From Chrysomallon squamiferum (lineage: Eukaryota; Animalia; Mollusca): DNA of 64,000 nucleotides. The notes below the pieces were generated by a model that worked only from the letters and a program-made list of their open reading frames with translations, searched no databases and was not told the DNA's origin. Where the stretch lies: assembly GCA_012295275.1 (NCBI GenBank), contig CM022675.1, forward strand, positions 14,074,001 through 14,138,000. The letters are read 5' to 3'. Positions within the stretch are counted from its first letter, which is position 1, and the number at the start of each line of letters is the position of its first letter. Positions 38,501 to 53,200 of this stretch are shown here, in pieces. Both the position numbers and the translations under genes were made by a program.

Positions 38501-41500
38501 AAAGTAATCCAACAGAAGTCCTGAACATTAATTTTTATTCTAAGGCTACTTGTAGTCTCCAGGATCATATTATTTCTAACATAAGCATCAAACTCGAATA
38601 AAATTTATGTAACCCTAGCTTTAAGGCTAACCCTAACCCTAACCCTAACCCTAACCCTAACCCTAGCTCAGGTTCTAAAAGTAATCCAAAAGAAGTCCGG
38701 AACATTAATTCTTATTCTAAGGCTACTTGTAATCTCCAGCCTCATATTATTTCTATCAGAAGCATCAAACTCGAATAAAATTTATGTAACCCTAGCTATA
38801 AGGCTAACCCTAACCCTAACCCTAACCCTAACCCTAGCTCAGGTGATAAAAGTAATCCAAAAGAAGTCCGGAACATTAATTCTATTTCTAAGGCTACTTG
38901 TAATCTCCAGGCTCATATTCTTTCTAACATAAGCATCAAACTCGAATAAAATTTATGTAACCCTAGCTTTAAGGCTAACCCTAACCCTAACCCTAACCCT
39001 AACCCTAACCCTAACCCTAGCTCAGGTTCTAAAAGTAATCCAACAGAAGTCCGGAACATTAATTCTTATTCTAAGGCTACTTGTAATCTCCAGGCTCATA
39101 TTATTTCTATCATAAGCATCAAACTCGAATAAAATTTATGTAACCCTAGCTTTTAACCCTAACCCTAACCCTAACCCTAACCCTAACCCTAACCCTAGCT
39201 CAGGTGATAAAAGTAATCCAAAAGAAGTCCGGAACATTAATTCTATTTCTAAGGCTACTTGTAATCTCCAGGCTCATATTATTTCTAACATAAGCATCAA
39301 ACTCGAATAAAATTTATGTAACCCTAGCTTTAAGGCTAACCCTAACCCTAACCCTAACCCTAACCCTAACCCTAGCTCAGGTGATAAAAGTAATCCAACA
39401 GAAGTCCGGAACATTAATTCTTATTCTAAGGCTACTTCTAATCTCCAGCCTCATATTATTTTTCTATCACCCTAGCTTAAAAAGCATCAAACTCGAATAA
39501 AATTTAGCTTTAAACCCTAACCCTAACCCTAACCCCCCCTAGCTATAAAAGTAATCCAAAGAAGTCCGGAACATTAATTCCCTAAGGCTACTTCTAATCT
39601 CCAGGCTCCCTAACCCTAATGTAACCCCTAACCCTAACCCTAACCCCCTAGGTTTAAAAGTAATCCAAAAGAAGTCCGGAACATTAATTCTTATTCTAAG
39701 GCTACTTGTAATCTCCAGGCTCATATTATTTCTAACATAAGCATCAAACTCGAATAAAATTTATGTAACCCTAGCTTTAAGGCTAACCCTAACCCTAACC
39801 CTAACCCTAACCCTAACCCTAGCTCAGGTTCTAAAAGTAATCCAACAGAAGCCCGGAACATTAATTCTTATTCTAAGGCTACTTGTAATCTCCAGGCCTC
39901 ATATTATTTCTATCAGAAGCATCAAACTCGAATAAAATTTATGTAACCCTAGCTTTAAGGCTAACCCTAACCCTAACCCTAACCCTAACCCTAACCCTAA
40001 CCCTAGCTCAGGTTCTAAAAGTAATCCAACAGAAGTCCGGAACATTAATTCTTATTCTAAGGCTACTTGTAATCTCCAGCCTCATATTATTTCTATCAGA
40101 AGCATCAAACTCGAATAAAATTTATGTAACCCTAGCTTTAAGGCTAACCCTAACCCTAACCCTAACCCTAACCCTAACCCTAGCTCAGGTGATAAAAGTA
40201 ATCCAAAAGAAGTCCGGAACATTAATTCTATTTCTAAGGCTACTTGTAATCTCCAGGCTCATATTCTTTCTAACATAAGCATCAAACTCGAATAAAATTT
40301 ATGTAACCCTAGCTTTAAGGCTAACCCTAACCCTAACCCTAACCCTAACCCTAGCTCAGGTTCTAAAAGTAATCCAACAGAAGTCCGGAACATTAATTCT
40401 TCTCCTAACGCTACTTCTAATCTCCAGCCTCATATTATTTCTATCAGAAGCATCAAACTCGAATAAAATTTATGTAACCCTAGCTAACCCTAGCTATTAA
40501 CCCTAACCCTAACCCTAACCCTAACCCTAACCCTAACCCTAACCCTAACCCTAACCCTAGCTAGCTCAGGTGATTTAAAAGTAATCCAAAAGAAGTCCGG
40601 AACATTAATTCTATTTCTAAGGCTACTTGTAATCTCCAGGCTCATATTCTTTCTAACATAAGCATTAAAGTCCAATAAAATTTATGTAACCCTAGCTTTA
40701 AGGCTAACCCTAACCCTAACCCTAACCCTAACCCTAACCCTAACCCTAACCCTAGGTCAGGTTCTAAAAGTAATCCAACAGAAGTCCTGAACATTAATTT
40801 TTATTCTAAGGCTACTTGTAGTCTCCAGGATCATATTATTTCTATCATAAACATTAAACTCGAATAAAATCTACGTAACCCTAGCTTTAAGGCTAGGCCT
40901 AACCCTAACCCTAACCCTAACCCTAACCCTAGCTAAGCTTCTAAAACTAATCCTACACTAGTCCTGAATATTAATTCTTATTCTAAGGCTAATTGTAATC
41001 TCCAGGGTCATATTATTTCTAACATAAGCATTAATCTCGAATAAAATTTATGTAACCCTAGCTTTAACGCTAACCCTAATCCTAACACTAACCCTAACCC
41101 TAGATCAGGTGATAAAAGTAATCCAAAAGAAGTCCGGAACATTAATTCTTATTCTAAGGCTACTTCTATTCTCCAGCCTCATATTCTTTCTATCAAAAGC
41201 ATCAAACTCGAATAAAATTTATGTAACCCTAGCTATAAGGCTAACCCTAACCCTAACCCTAACCCTAACCCTAGCTCAGGTGATAAAAGTAATCCAAAAG
41301 AAGTCCGGAACATTAATTCTATTTCTAAGGCTACTTGTAATCTCCAGGCTCATATTATTTCTATCATAAGCATCAAACTCGAATAAAATTTATGTAACCC
41401 TAGCTTTAAGCTAACCCTAACCCTAACCCTAACCCTAACCCTAACCCTAGCTCAGGTTCTAAAAGTAATCCAACAGAAGTCCGGAACATTAATTCTTATT

Positions 41501-44500
41501 CTAAGGCTACTTAATCTCCAGCTCTCATATTATTTCTATCAAAGCATCAAACTCGAATAAAATTTATGTAACCCTAGCTTTAAGGCTAACCCTAACCCTA
41601 AACCCTAAACCTAACCCTAACCCCTAGCTCAGGTAAAAGTAATCCAAAAGAAGTCCGGAACATTAATTCTTTTCTAAGGCTACTTGTAATCTCCAGGCTC
41701 ATATTATTTTCTAACATAAGCATCAAACTCGAATAAAAAAACCCTAGCTTTATGTAACCCTAGCTTTAACCTAACTCTAAGGCTAACCCTAACCCTAACC
41801 CTAACCCTAGCTCAGGTTCTAAAAGTAATCCAACAGAAGCCCGGAACATTAATTCTTATCCTAACGCTACTTCTAATCTCCAGCCTCATATTATTTCTAT
41901 CAGAAGCATCAAACTCGAATAAAATTTATGTAACCCTAGCTTTAAGGCTAACCCTAACCCTAACCCTAACCCTAACCTAAAACCCTAACCCTAACCCTAG
42001 CTCAGGTGATAAAAGTAATCCAAAAGAAGTCCGGAACATTAATTCTTTTTCTAAGGCTACTTGTAATCTCCAGGCTCATATTATTTCTAACATAAGCATC
42101 AAACTCGAATAAAATTTATGTAACCCTAGCTTTAAGGCTAACCCTAACCCTAACCCTAACCCTAACCCTAACCCTAGCTCAGGTTCTAAAAGTAATCCAA
42201 CAGAAGTCCTGAACATTAATTTTTATTCTAAGGCTACTTCTATTCTCCAGCCTCATATTCTTTCTATCAAAAGCATCAAACTCGAATAAAATTTATGTAA
42301 CCCTAGCTTTAAGGCTAACCCTAACCCTAACCCTAACCCTAGCTCAGGTTCTAAAAGTAATCCAAAAGAAGTCCGGAACATTAATTTTTTTCTAAGGCTA
42401 CTTGTAATCTCCAGGCTCATATTATTTCTATCAGAAGCATCAAACTCGAATAAAATTTATGTAACCCTAGCCCTAGCTCTAACCCTAACCCTAACCCTAA
42501 CCCTAACCCTAACCCTAACCCTAGCTCAGGTGATAAAAGTAATCCAAAAGAAGTCCGGAACATTAATTCTATTTCTAAGGCTACTTGTAATCTCCAGGCT
42601 CATATTCTTTCTAACATAAGCATCAAACTCGAATAAAATTTATGTAACCCTAGCTTTAAGGCTAACCCTAACCCTAACCCTAACCCTAACCCTAGCTCAG
42701 GTTCTAAAAGTAATCCAACAGAAGCCCGGAACATTAATTCTTCTCCTAACGCTACTTCTAATCTCCAGCCTCATATTATTTCTATCAGAAGCATCAAACT
42801 CGAATAAAATTTATGTAACCCTAGCTATAAGGCTAACCCTAACCCTAACCCTAACCCTAACCCTAACCCTAGCTCAGGTGATAAAAGTAATCCAAAAGAA
42901 GTCCGGAACATTAATTCTATTTCTAAGGCTACTTGTAATCTCCAGGCTCATATTCTTTCTAACATAAGCATTAAAGTCCAATAAAATTTATGTAACCCTA
43001 GCTTTAAGGCTAACCCTAACCCTAACCCTAACCCTAACCCTAACCCTAACCCTAACCCTAACCCTAGGTCAGGTTCTAAAAGTAATCCAACAGAAGTCCT
43101 GAACATTAATTTTTATTCTAAGGCTACTTGTAGTCTCCAGGATCATATTATTTCTATCATAAACATTAAACTCGAATAAAATCTACGTAACCCTAGCTTT
43201 AAGGCTAGCCCTAACTCTAACCCTAACCCTAACCCTAACCCTAACCCTAGCTAAGCTTCTAAAACTAATCCTACACTAGTCCTGAATATTAATTCTTATT
43301 CTAAGGCTAATTGTAATCTCCAGGGTCATATTATTTCTAACATAAGCATTAATCTTGAATAAAATTTATGTAACCCTAGCTTTAACGCTAACCCTAATCC
43401 TAACACTAACCCTAACCCTAGATCAGGTGATAAAAGTAATCCAAAAGAAGTCCGGAACATTAATTCTTATTCTAAGGCTACTTCTATTCTCCAGCCTCAT
43501 ATTCTTTCTATCAAAAGAATCAAACACGAATAAAATTTATGTAACCCTAGCTATAAGGCTAACCCTAACCCTAACCCTAACCCTAACCCTAACCCTAACC
43601 CTAACCCTAGGTCAGGTGATAAAAGTAATCCAAAAGAAGTCCGGAACATTAATTCTTATTCTAAGGCTACTTGTAATCTCCAGGCTCATATTATTTCTAT
43701 CAGAAGCATCAAACTCGAATAAAATTTATGTAACCCTAGCTTTAAGGCTAACCCTAACCCTAACCCTAACCCTAACCCTAGCTCAGGTTCTAAAAGTAAT
43801 CCAAAAGAAGTCCGGAACATTAATTTTATTTCTAAGGCTACTTGTAATCTCCAGGCTCATATTATTTCTAACTCCAAACTCGAATAAATTTATTAACCCT
43901 AGCTTTTTCTACCCCCTAACCCTAAAGCATCTAAAAAATCCTCGAATAAAATTTATGTAACCCTAGCCTCATATTATTTTCTATCATAAGCATCAAACTC
44001 TAGCCTTAACCCTAACCCTAACCCTAACCCTAACCCTAGCTCAGGTTCTAAAAGTAATCCAACAGAAGTCCTGAACATTAATTCTATTTCTAAGGCTACT
44101 TGTAATCTCCAGGCTCATATTATTTCTAACATAAGCATCAAACTCGAATAAAATTTATGTAACCCTAGCTTTAAGGCTAACCCTAACCCTAACCCTAACC
44201 CTAACCCTAGCTCAGGTTCTAAAAGTAATCCAACAGAAGCCCGGAACATTAATTCTTCTCCTAACGCTACTTCTAATCTCCAGCCTCATATTATTTCTAT
44301 CAGAAGCATCAAAGACTCGAATAAAATTTATGTAACCCTAGCTTTAGGCTAACCCTAACCCTAACCCTAACCCTAACCCTAACCCTAGCTCAGGTGATAA
44401 AAGTAATCCAAAAGAAGTCTGGAACATTAATTCTATTTCTAAGGCTACTTGTAATCTCCAGGCTCATATTCTTTCTAACATAAGCATCAAACTCGAATAA

Positions 44501-47290
44501 AATTTATGTAACCCTAGCTTTAAGGCTAACCCTAACCCTAACCCTAACCCTAACCCTAACCCTAGCTCAGGTTCTAAAAGTAATCCAACAGAAGTCCGGA
44601 ACATTAATTCTTATTCTAAGGCTACTTCTAATCTCCAGCCTCATATTATTTCTATCAGAAGCATCAAACTCGAATAAAATTTATGTAACCCTAGCTATAA
44701 GGCTAACCCTAACCCTAACCCTAACCCTAACCCTAACCCTAGCTCAGGTGATAAAAGTAATCCAAAAGAAGTCCGGAACATTAATTCTATTTCTAAGGCT
44801 ACTTGTAATCTCCAGGCTCATATTCTTTCTAACATAAGCATTAAACTCGAATAAAATTTATGTAACCCTAGCTTTAAGGCTAACCCTAACCCTAACCCTA
44901 ACCCTAACCCTAGGTCAGGTTCTAAAAGTAATCCAACAGAAGTCCTGAACATTAATTTTTATTCTAAGGCTACTTGTAATCTCCAGGGTCATATTATTTC
45001 TAACATAAGCATCAAACTCGAATAAAATTTATGTAACCCTAGCTTTAAGGCTAACCCTAACCCTAACCCTAACCCTAACCCTAGCTCAGGTTCTAAAAGT
45101 AATCCAACAGAAGCCCGGAACATTAATTCTTCTCCTAACGCTACTTCTAATCTCCAGCCTCATATTATTTCTATCAGAAGCATCAAACTCGAATAAAATT
45201 TATGTAACCCTAGCTATAAGGCTAACCCTAACCCTAACCCTAACCCTAACCCTAGCTCCTAANNNNNNNNNNNNNNNNNNNNNNNNNNNNNNNNNNNNNN
45301 NNNNNNNNNNNNNNNNNNNNNNNNNNNNNNNNNNNNNNNNNNNNNNNNNNNNNNNNNNNNNNNNNNNNNNNNNNNNNNNNNNNNNNNNNNNNNNNNNNNN
45401 NNNNNNNNNNNNNNNNNNNNNNNNNNNNNNNNNNNNNNNNNNNNNNNNNNNNNNNNNNNNNNTTCTAACATAAACATTAAACTCGAATAAAATCTACGTA
45501 ACCCTAGCTTTAAGGCTAGGCCTAACTCTAACCCTAACCCTAACCCTAGCTAAGCTTCTAAAACTAATCCTACACTAGTCCTGAATATTAATTCTTATTC
45601 TAAGGCTAATTGTAATCTCCAGGGTCATATTATTTCTAACATAAGCATTAATCTTGAATAAAATTTATGTAACCCTAGCTTTAACGCTAACCCTAATCCT
45701 AACACTAACCCTAACCCTAGATCAGGTGATAAAAGTAATCCAAAAGAAGTCCGGAACATTAATTCTTATTCTAAGGCTACTTCTATTCTCCAGCCTCATA
45801 TTCTTTCTATCAAAAGCATCAAACACGAATAAAATTTATGTAACCCTAGCTATAAGGCTAACCCTAACCCTAACCCTAACCCTAACCCTAGCTCAGGTGA
45901 TAAAAGTAATCCAAAAGAAGTCCGGAACATTAATTCTATTTCTAAGGCTACTTGTAATCTCCAGGCTCATATTCTTTCTAACATAAGCATTAAAGTCCAA
46001 TAAAATTTATGTAACCCTAGCTTTAAGGCTAACCCTAACCCTAACCCTAACCCTAACCCTAGGTCAGGTTCTAAAAGTAATCCAACAGAAGTCCTGAACA
46101 TTAATTTTTATTCTAAGGCTACTTGTAGTCTCCAGGATCATATTATTTCTATCATAAACATTAAACTCGAATAAAATCTACGTAACCCTAGCTTTAAGGC
46201 TAACCCTAACTCTAACCCTAACCCTAACCCTAGCTAAGCTTCTAAAACTAATCCTACACTAGTCCTGAATATTAATTCTTATTCTAAGGCTAATTGTAAT
46301 CTCCAGGGTCATATTATTTCTAACATAAGCATTAATCTCGAATAAAATTTATGTAACCCTAGCTTTAAGGCTAACCCTAACCCTAACACTAACCCTAACC
46401 CTAGATCAGGTGATAAAAGTAATCCAAAAGAAGTCCGGAACATTAATTCTTATTCTAAGGCTACTTGTAATCTCCAGGCTCATATTATTTCTATCAGAAG
46501 CATCAAACTCGAATAAAATTTATGTAACCCTAGCTTTAAGGCTAACCCTAACCCTAACCCTAACCCTAACCCTAGGTCAGGTTCTAAAAGTAATCCAACA
46601 GAAGTCCTGAACATTAATTTTTATTCTAAGGCTACTTGTAGTCTCCAGGATCATATTATTTCTAACATAAACATTAAACTCGAATAAAATCTACGTAACC
46701 CTAGCTTTAAGGCTAGCCCTAACTCTAACCCTAACCCTAACCCTAGCTAAGCTTCTAAAACTAATCCTACACTAGTCCTGAATATTAATTCTTATTCTAA
46801 GGCTAATTGTAATCTCCAGGGTCATATTATTTCTAACATAAGCATTAATCTCGAATAAAATTTATGTAACCCTAGCTTTAAGGCTAACCCTAACCCTAAC
46901 CCTAACCCTAGCTCAGGTTCTAAAAGTAATCCAACAGAAGCCCGGAACATTAATTCTTCTCCTAACGCTACTTCTAATCTCCAGCCTCATATTATTTCTA
47001 TCAGAAGCATCAAAGTCGAATAAAATTTATGTAACCCTAGCTATAAGGCTAACCCTAACCTCGAATAAAATTTATGTAACCCTAGCTTTAAGGCTAACCC
47101 TAACCCTTAACCCTAGCTCAGGTTCTAAAAGTAATCCAACAGAAGTCCGGAACATTAATTCTTATCCTAACGCTACTTCTAATCTCCAGCCTCATATTAT
47201 TTCTATCAAAAGCATCAAACTCGAATAAAATTTATGTAACCCTAGCTTTAAGGCTAACCCTAACCCTAACCCTAACCCTAACCTAACCCT
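32568..47290. repeat. Homogeneous satellite: 147-bp core + (CCCTAA)3-9, about 80 monomers of mostly 165-189 bp
   Basis: Core ccctagctcaggtgataaaagtaatccaaaagaagtccggaacattaattc...ctcgaataaaatttatgtaaccctagctttaaggctaa. Example monomer 33410-33580 is 171 bp = 147 + 4x6. Confidence 0.97.
45263..45462. other. Assembly gap (200 N) inside the satellite
   Basis: Run of N; true array length unknown. Confidence 0.99.
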
Positions 47291-50200
47291 CACACTAATT
47301 CTGACCGTAACTCTAATGCTTCTCCAATTCGTGACCCAGAGATTATTTCTCCTCTTATCATAATACTCATAATGAAATTAAAAGAACCGTAACCGTAAAG
47401 GTAACCCTAACCCTAACCTAACCCTAACACTAATTCTGACCCTAACTCTAATCCTTCTCCGATTCGTGACCCAGAGATTATTTTGCCTGTTATCATAATA
47501 CTCATAATGAAATTAAAAGAACAAGAATCTTTTAACCCTAAAACTAACCCCTAACCCCTAAACCCAACAGAACCTAACCCTAACCCTAACCCTAACTCTA
47601 ACCTGATAACCCTAACCCTAATCCTAGTAAAACTTCCAAATAAATTCTTGCTCATGTCCCCAACCTCAATTCTTACCGTAATATTCTACATATCGAGACC
47701 ATCAAATTAGTTTGCTCAGTACCACAACAATCACAATAAAATTAAGTTAACCTAACTAACTCTAATCCTAACCCTAACTTCTGTCACGAAGCCCTAACTC
47801 CAAACCCCTAACTAATACTAACCCTAACTCTAACCCTAACTCACTCCCTAACACTAACACTCACCCTAATTCTAACCTTAACCTAAACCCTAACCCTAAC
47901 CTAACTCCTAACCCCTAACCTAGCCTCCTAACCCCCCTAGATATTATAACCATAAACCTAATATTGATACAAGCCTAACCATAACCCTAACCCTAACCAT
48001 AACCCTAACCCTAACTCTAACCCTGTCCCTAACACTAACTCTAAACCTAATTCTAACACTAATTGTAGCTAAAAGAACCAAATAACTCTAACCCTAACCC
48101 TAACCCTAAACCTAAACACTAACCCCCTAACCCCCTAGCCCTAACCCTAACACTAACACTAACCCTAACTAACCCTAACCCCTAACCCTAACCATAACCT
48201 AACCCTAACCCTAACCCTAACCCTAACCCTAACCCTAACCCTAACCCTAACCCTAACCCTCCTAGATAAACTTCCCAAATAAAGTCATGCTCATGTCCCC
48301 AACCTCAATTCTTAACGTAATATTCTTCATATCGAGACCATCAAATAGGTTTCCTGAGTATCACAACAATCACAAAAAAATTAAATTAACCCTAACTCTA
48401 ACCCTGACCCTAACCCTACCCCTTACCCTAACCCTAACCCTAACCTAACCTAATTCTAACCTTTTAACCCTAACCCTAACGCTAACCCCTAACCTGTCCC
48501 TAACCCCTAACCCTAACCCTAACCCTAACCATAGCCCTAACCCTAACCCTAACTCTAACCCTAACCCTAACCCTAACCTATCAACAAGCCTAACCATAAC
48601 CCTAACCCTAACTCTAAATCTATCCCTAACACTAACACTAACCCTAATTCTAACCTTAACCCTAACCCTAACCCTAACCCTGTCCGTAACCCTAACTCTA
48701 CCCCTAACACTAACACTAATTGTAGCTAATCTACCAAATACATTACGGCGCAAATCTCGATCCTCAATTCTTACTGTAATGTTCTTCCTACCGAGATGCA
48801 CAAACTACTTTGCTAATTATGAAAACAAGCGGAATAAAATTAAAATAATCCTAACCCTGACACTAACCCTAACCTAACCCTAACCGTAACCTAAGCGTAA
48901 CCTAACCCTAACCCTAACCCTAACCCTAACTCTAATCCTAGCTAAACTTCCAAATAAATACTTGCTCATGTCCCCAACCTCAATTCTTACCGTAATATTC
49001 TTCGTATCGAGACAATCAAATTAGTTTGCTCAGTATCACAACAATCACAATAAAATTAAATTAACCCTAACCCTAACCCTAACCCTAACACTAACACTAA
49101 CTAACCCTAATCGTAGCTAATCTACCAAATACATTACGGCTCAAATCTCGATCCTCAATTCTTACCGTAATGTTCTTCCTACAGAGACCCAGAAACTACT
49201 TTGCTAATTATGAAAACAAGCGGAATAAAATTAAAATAACCCTAACCCTGACAGTAACCCTAACACTAACCCTAACCCTAACCCTGACCCTAACATAACG
49301 CTAACCCTAACCCTAACCCTAACATTAACCCTAACCTACCCCTAACCCTAACCCTAGCCCTAACCTTAACCCTAATCCTAGCTAAACTTCCAAATAAATT
49401 CCTGCTCGTGTCCCCAACCTCAATTCTTACCGTAATATTCTTCATATCGAGACCATCAAATTAGTTTGGTCATTCTCACAACAATCACAATAAAATTAAA
49501 ATAACACTAACCCTAACTCTAATCCTAACCCTAAATCTAACTCTAACCTAACCCAACCCTAACGATAAGTCTAAGCCTATCGTTAACCCTAACCCTACCC
49601 ATGCCCTAACCCTAAACCTAATCATAGCTAAACTTCCAAATATATTTCTGCTCAAATCCCGAACCTCAATTCTTACAGTAATATTCTTCCTATCGAAACC
49701 CAGAAATTACTTTGCTCTTTATCACAACAAGCACAATAAAATTAAAATAACACTAACTCTAATCAGAACACTAACCCAATACATAACCTAGCCCCAACCT
49801 AACCCTAACCCTAAATCTAATCCTAACCCTAACCCTAACCCTTACCCTAACACTAACACTAACACTAACACTAACACTAACACTAACACTAACACTAACA
49901 CTAACACTAACCCAGCCCAAACCCTAACCCTAACCCAAACCATAACCCTAATCCTAACCCTCATTATCAAAACAATCACAACAGAATTGAAAGAACTCTA
50001 ACGCTAACCCTAACCCTAACCCTAACCCAACCATAACCCTAACCCAAACCCTAACCTAGCCCCAACCATAACCCTATCCCTAACCCTATCCCTTACCCTA
50101 ACACTAAGCCTAACCCTAACCTTAACCCTAACCCTAACCCTAACCCTAACCCTAACCCTAACCCTAACCCTAATCCTAAGCCTCATTATCAAAACAATTA

Positions 50201-53200
50201 CATCAGAATTGAAATAACCCTAACTCTAACCCTAAGCCTATCCCAAACTGTAACCATTCCTAACCCTAACCCTCACCATAACCATAACCCTAACCCTAAC
50301 CTTAAGCCTCATTATCAAAACAATCACAACAGAATTGAAATAACCCTAACTCTAACCCAAACCCTAACCCTCATTATCAAAACAATCACAACATAATTGA
50401 GATATCCCTAACTCCAACCCTAACACTAACACTAACACTAACCCTATCCCTAACACTAACCCTAACCCTAGACGTAACCCTAACCCTAACCCTAAACCTC
50501 ATTATCAAAACAATCACAAGAGAATTGAAATAACCCTAACTCTAACCCTAACCCCAACCCTAACGCTAACCCTAACCCTAAACCTATTCCTAAACCTAAA
50601 CCTAACCCTGACCCAAGCCCTAACCCTAACCCTAACCCTCATTATCAAAACAATCACAACAGAATTGAGATACCCTAACTCTAACCCTAACCCTAACAAT
50701 AACCCTAACCCAAACCCTAGCCCTAACACTAACCCTAACCCAAACCCTAACCCTAACCCTAACCCTAACCCTAACCCTAGCCCTAACCCTAACACTCATT
50801 ATCAAAACAATCACAACATAATTGAGATATCCCTAACTCCAATCCTAACACTAACACTAACCCTAACCCTAATCCTAACACTAACTCTAACCCTAGCCCT
50901 AACCCTAACCCTAACCCTAGCTAAACTTCCAAATAAATTAGTGCTGAATTCCCCAACATTAATTGTTACTCTAACGCTATTTCCTATCGTAACCGAAAAA
51001 TTATTTTGTTCATTATCACAACACACACAACAAAATTTAAATAACACTTACTCTAACCGTAACCCTAACTCTAACCCTAACTATAACCCTAACTATAACC
51101 CTAACTATAACCCTAACTCTAACCCTAACGCTAAGCCTAACCCTAGCACTAACGCTAACCCTTACCGTAACCATAGATCAACTTACAAATAAAATCCTAC
51201 TCCAACCTCAATTCTTACCCTAATATTACTTCCAATAGAGACCCTCAAATTATTTTGCTCATTATCAGAATCCTGATAAAATTAAAATAACTCTAACCCT
51301 AACAATAGCTAAACTTCCAAATAAATTCCTGCTCAATCCCCAACGTCAATTCTTACCGTAATGTTACTTCCTATCGATACCATGCTATTATTTTGCTCAT
51401 TATCACAAGAATCACAATATAATTGAAATAAACCTAACTCTAACCCTAACCCTAATCCTAACCCTAACTCTAAATATAGCTCAACTTTTAATCATAATCT
51501 TAACCAAGTTCCAAACATTAATCATTACAGTAATGTTACTTCCTATCGAGACCCTCAAATTGTTTTACTCATTATTACAACATTCACAATAAAATTGAAA
51601 TAAACCTAACTTTAACCCTAACCCTAACCCTAATCCTAACACTAACTCTAACCCTAACCCTAGCTAAACATCCAAATAAATTAGTGCTGAACTCCCAAAA
51701 TTAATTGTTACTCTAACGCTATTTCCTATCGTAATCGAATAATTATTTTGTTCATTATCACAACAATGACAACAAAATTTAAATAACCCTAACCGTAATC
51801 CTAGCCCTAATCCTAACCTTAACCCTAACCCTAACGCTAGGTAAAAACATAAATCTAATCTTACGTAAGTCCCAAATATCAGTTCTTAGCCTAACAGTAC
51901 TTCCTATCGTGACCCTCAAATTATTTTGCTCATTATTACAACACTCACAAGAAAATTTAAATAACCCTTACCATAATTCTAACACTAATCCTAACCCTAG
52001 GTAAACAAATAAATCTAATCCTATGCAGGTAGCCAACATCAATTCTTACCCTAATGGTAATTCCTATCGTAACACTCAAATCATTTTGCTCTAACCCTAA
52101 CCCTAAAGATAGCTCAACTTCTAATCATAATTTGAACCAGAACCAAGTTCCAAACATTAATTCTTACGGTAGTGTTACTTCCTCTCGAAAACCTCAAATT
52201 ATTTAGCTCATTGTCACAACAGTTACAATAAAATTGAAATAACCTTAACTCTAACCTTAACCCTAGCCATAACCCTAACCCTAACACTAACTCTATCCCT
52301 ATATACACCTCAACTTCTAAACCTAATCCTACACATGTTCCCAACAATAATTCTTACACTAACTCCACTTGCAATCATCACTAACAAGAGAAGTTAAATA
52401 ACACTAACTCTAAACCTAATCCTAGCCATAGCCCTAATCCTAACTCTAACCGTAACCCTACCTAGACATCTAATTCTAATCCTATCGAAGTTCGAAACAT
52501 GAATTCTTACCCTAACGGTACTTCCTCTCGTGACGTTCAAACTATTTCCCTCATTATTACAACACTCACAGCAAAATTTAAAAAACCCTGTCCATAACTC
52601 TGACCCTAATCTTATCCCTATCCCTTACTCTAAACCTAACCATGGCTAAAGTTCTAAACCTAATCTTCCGCAACTCCCCGAATTTCAATAATTACCCTAA
52701 CGGTACTTCGTATCATGACCCTCAAGTCAGTTTGCTCATTATCACAAAACTAACAACACAATTTAAATAACACTAACTCTAACCCTAACCCTAGCCCTAA
52801 TCCTAAACCTAACACTAACCCTAACCCTATATATAGCTCAACTTCTAAATCTAATCCTACACATGCAGCCAACATTAATTCTTACACTAACTCACGCTGA
52901 AATTATTTTCCTCATTATTATAACACTCCTAATAAATTTTAAATAACTTTAACCCTAACCCTAACCCTAACCCTAGCTTTAATCCTAACTCTAACCCTAA
53001 CCCTAGCTAAACATCTAAATCTAATCCTACCCAAGTCCCAAACCTCAATTCTAACCCTAACGGTACTTCCTATCACGATATTACTTTGGTCATTATCACA
53101 AGACTCACAACAAACTTTAAATAAATGTAACCCTAACTCTGTCCCTAACTCTGTCCCTAGACCTAGCCCTAGCTCTAACCCTAGCCGTAACCATAGCCCA

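Noticed and set aside
45259-45477. ORF of X residues
   Set aside because: Assembly gap.
34106-46610. Recurring ORFs ..LTLTLAQVIKVIQKKSGTLILILRLL.. (up to 201 aa)
   Set aside because: They are translations of the satellite monomer, whose length is a multiple of 3; many monomers carry an in-frame TAA and there is no recognisable domain.
32568-47290. CRISPR-like repeat-spacer appearance
   Set aside because: The segments between repeats are near-identical rather than unique spacers, the context is eukaryotic, and there are no cas genes.
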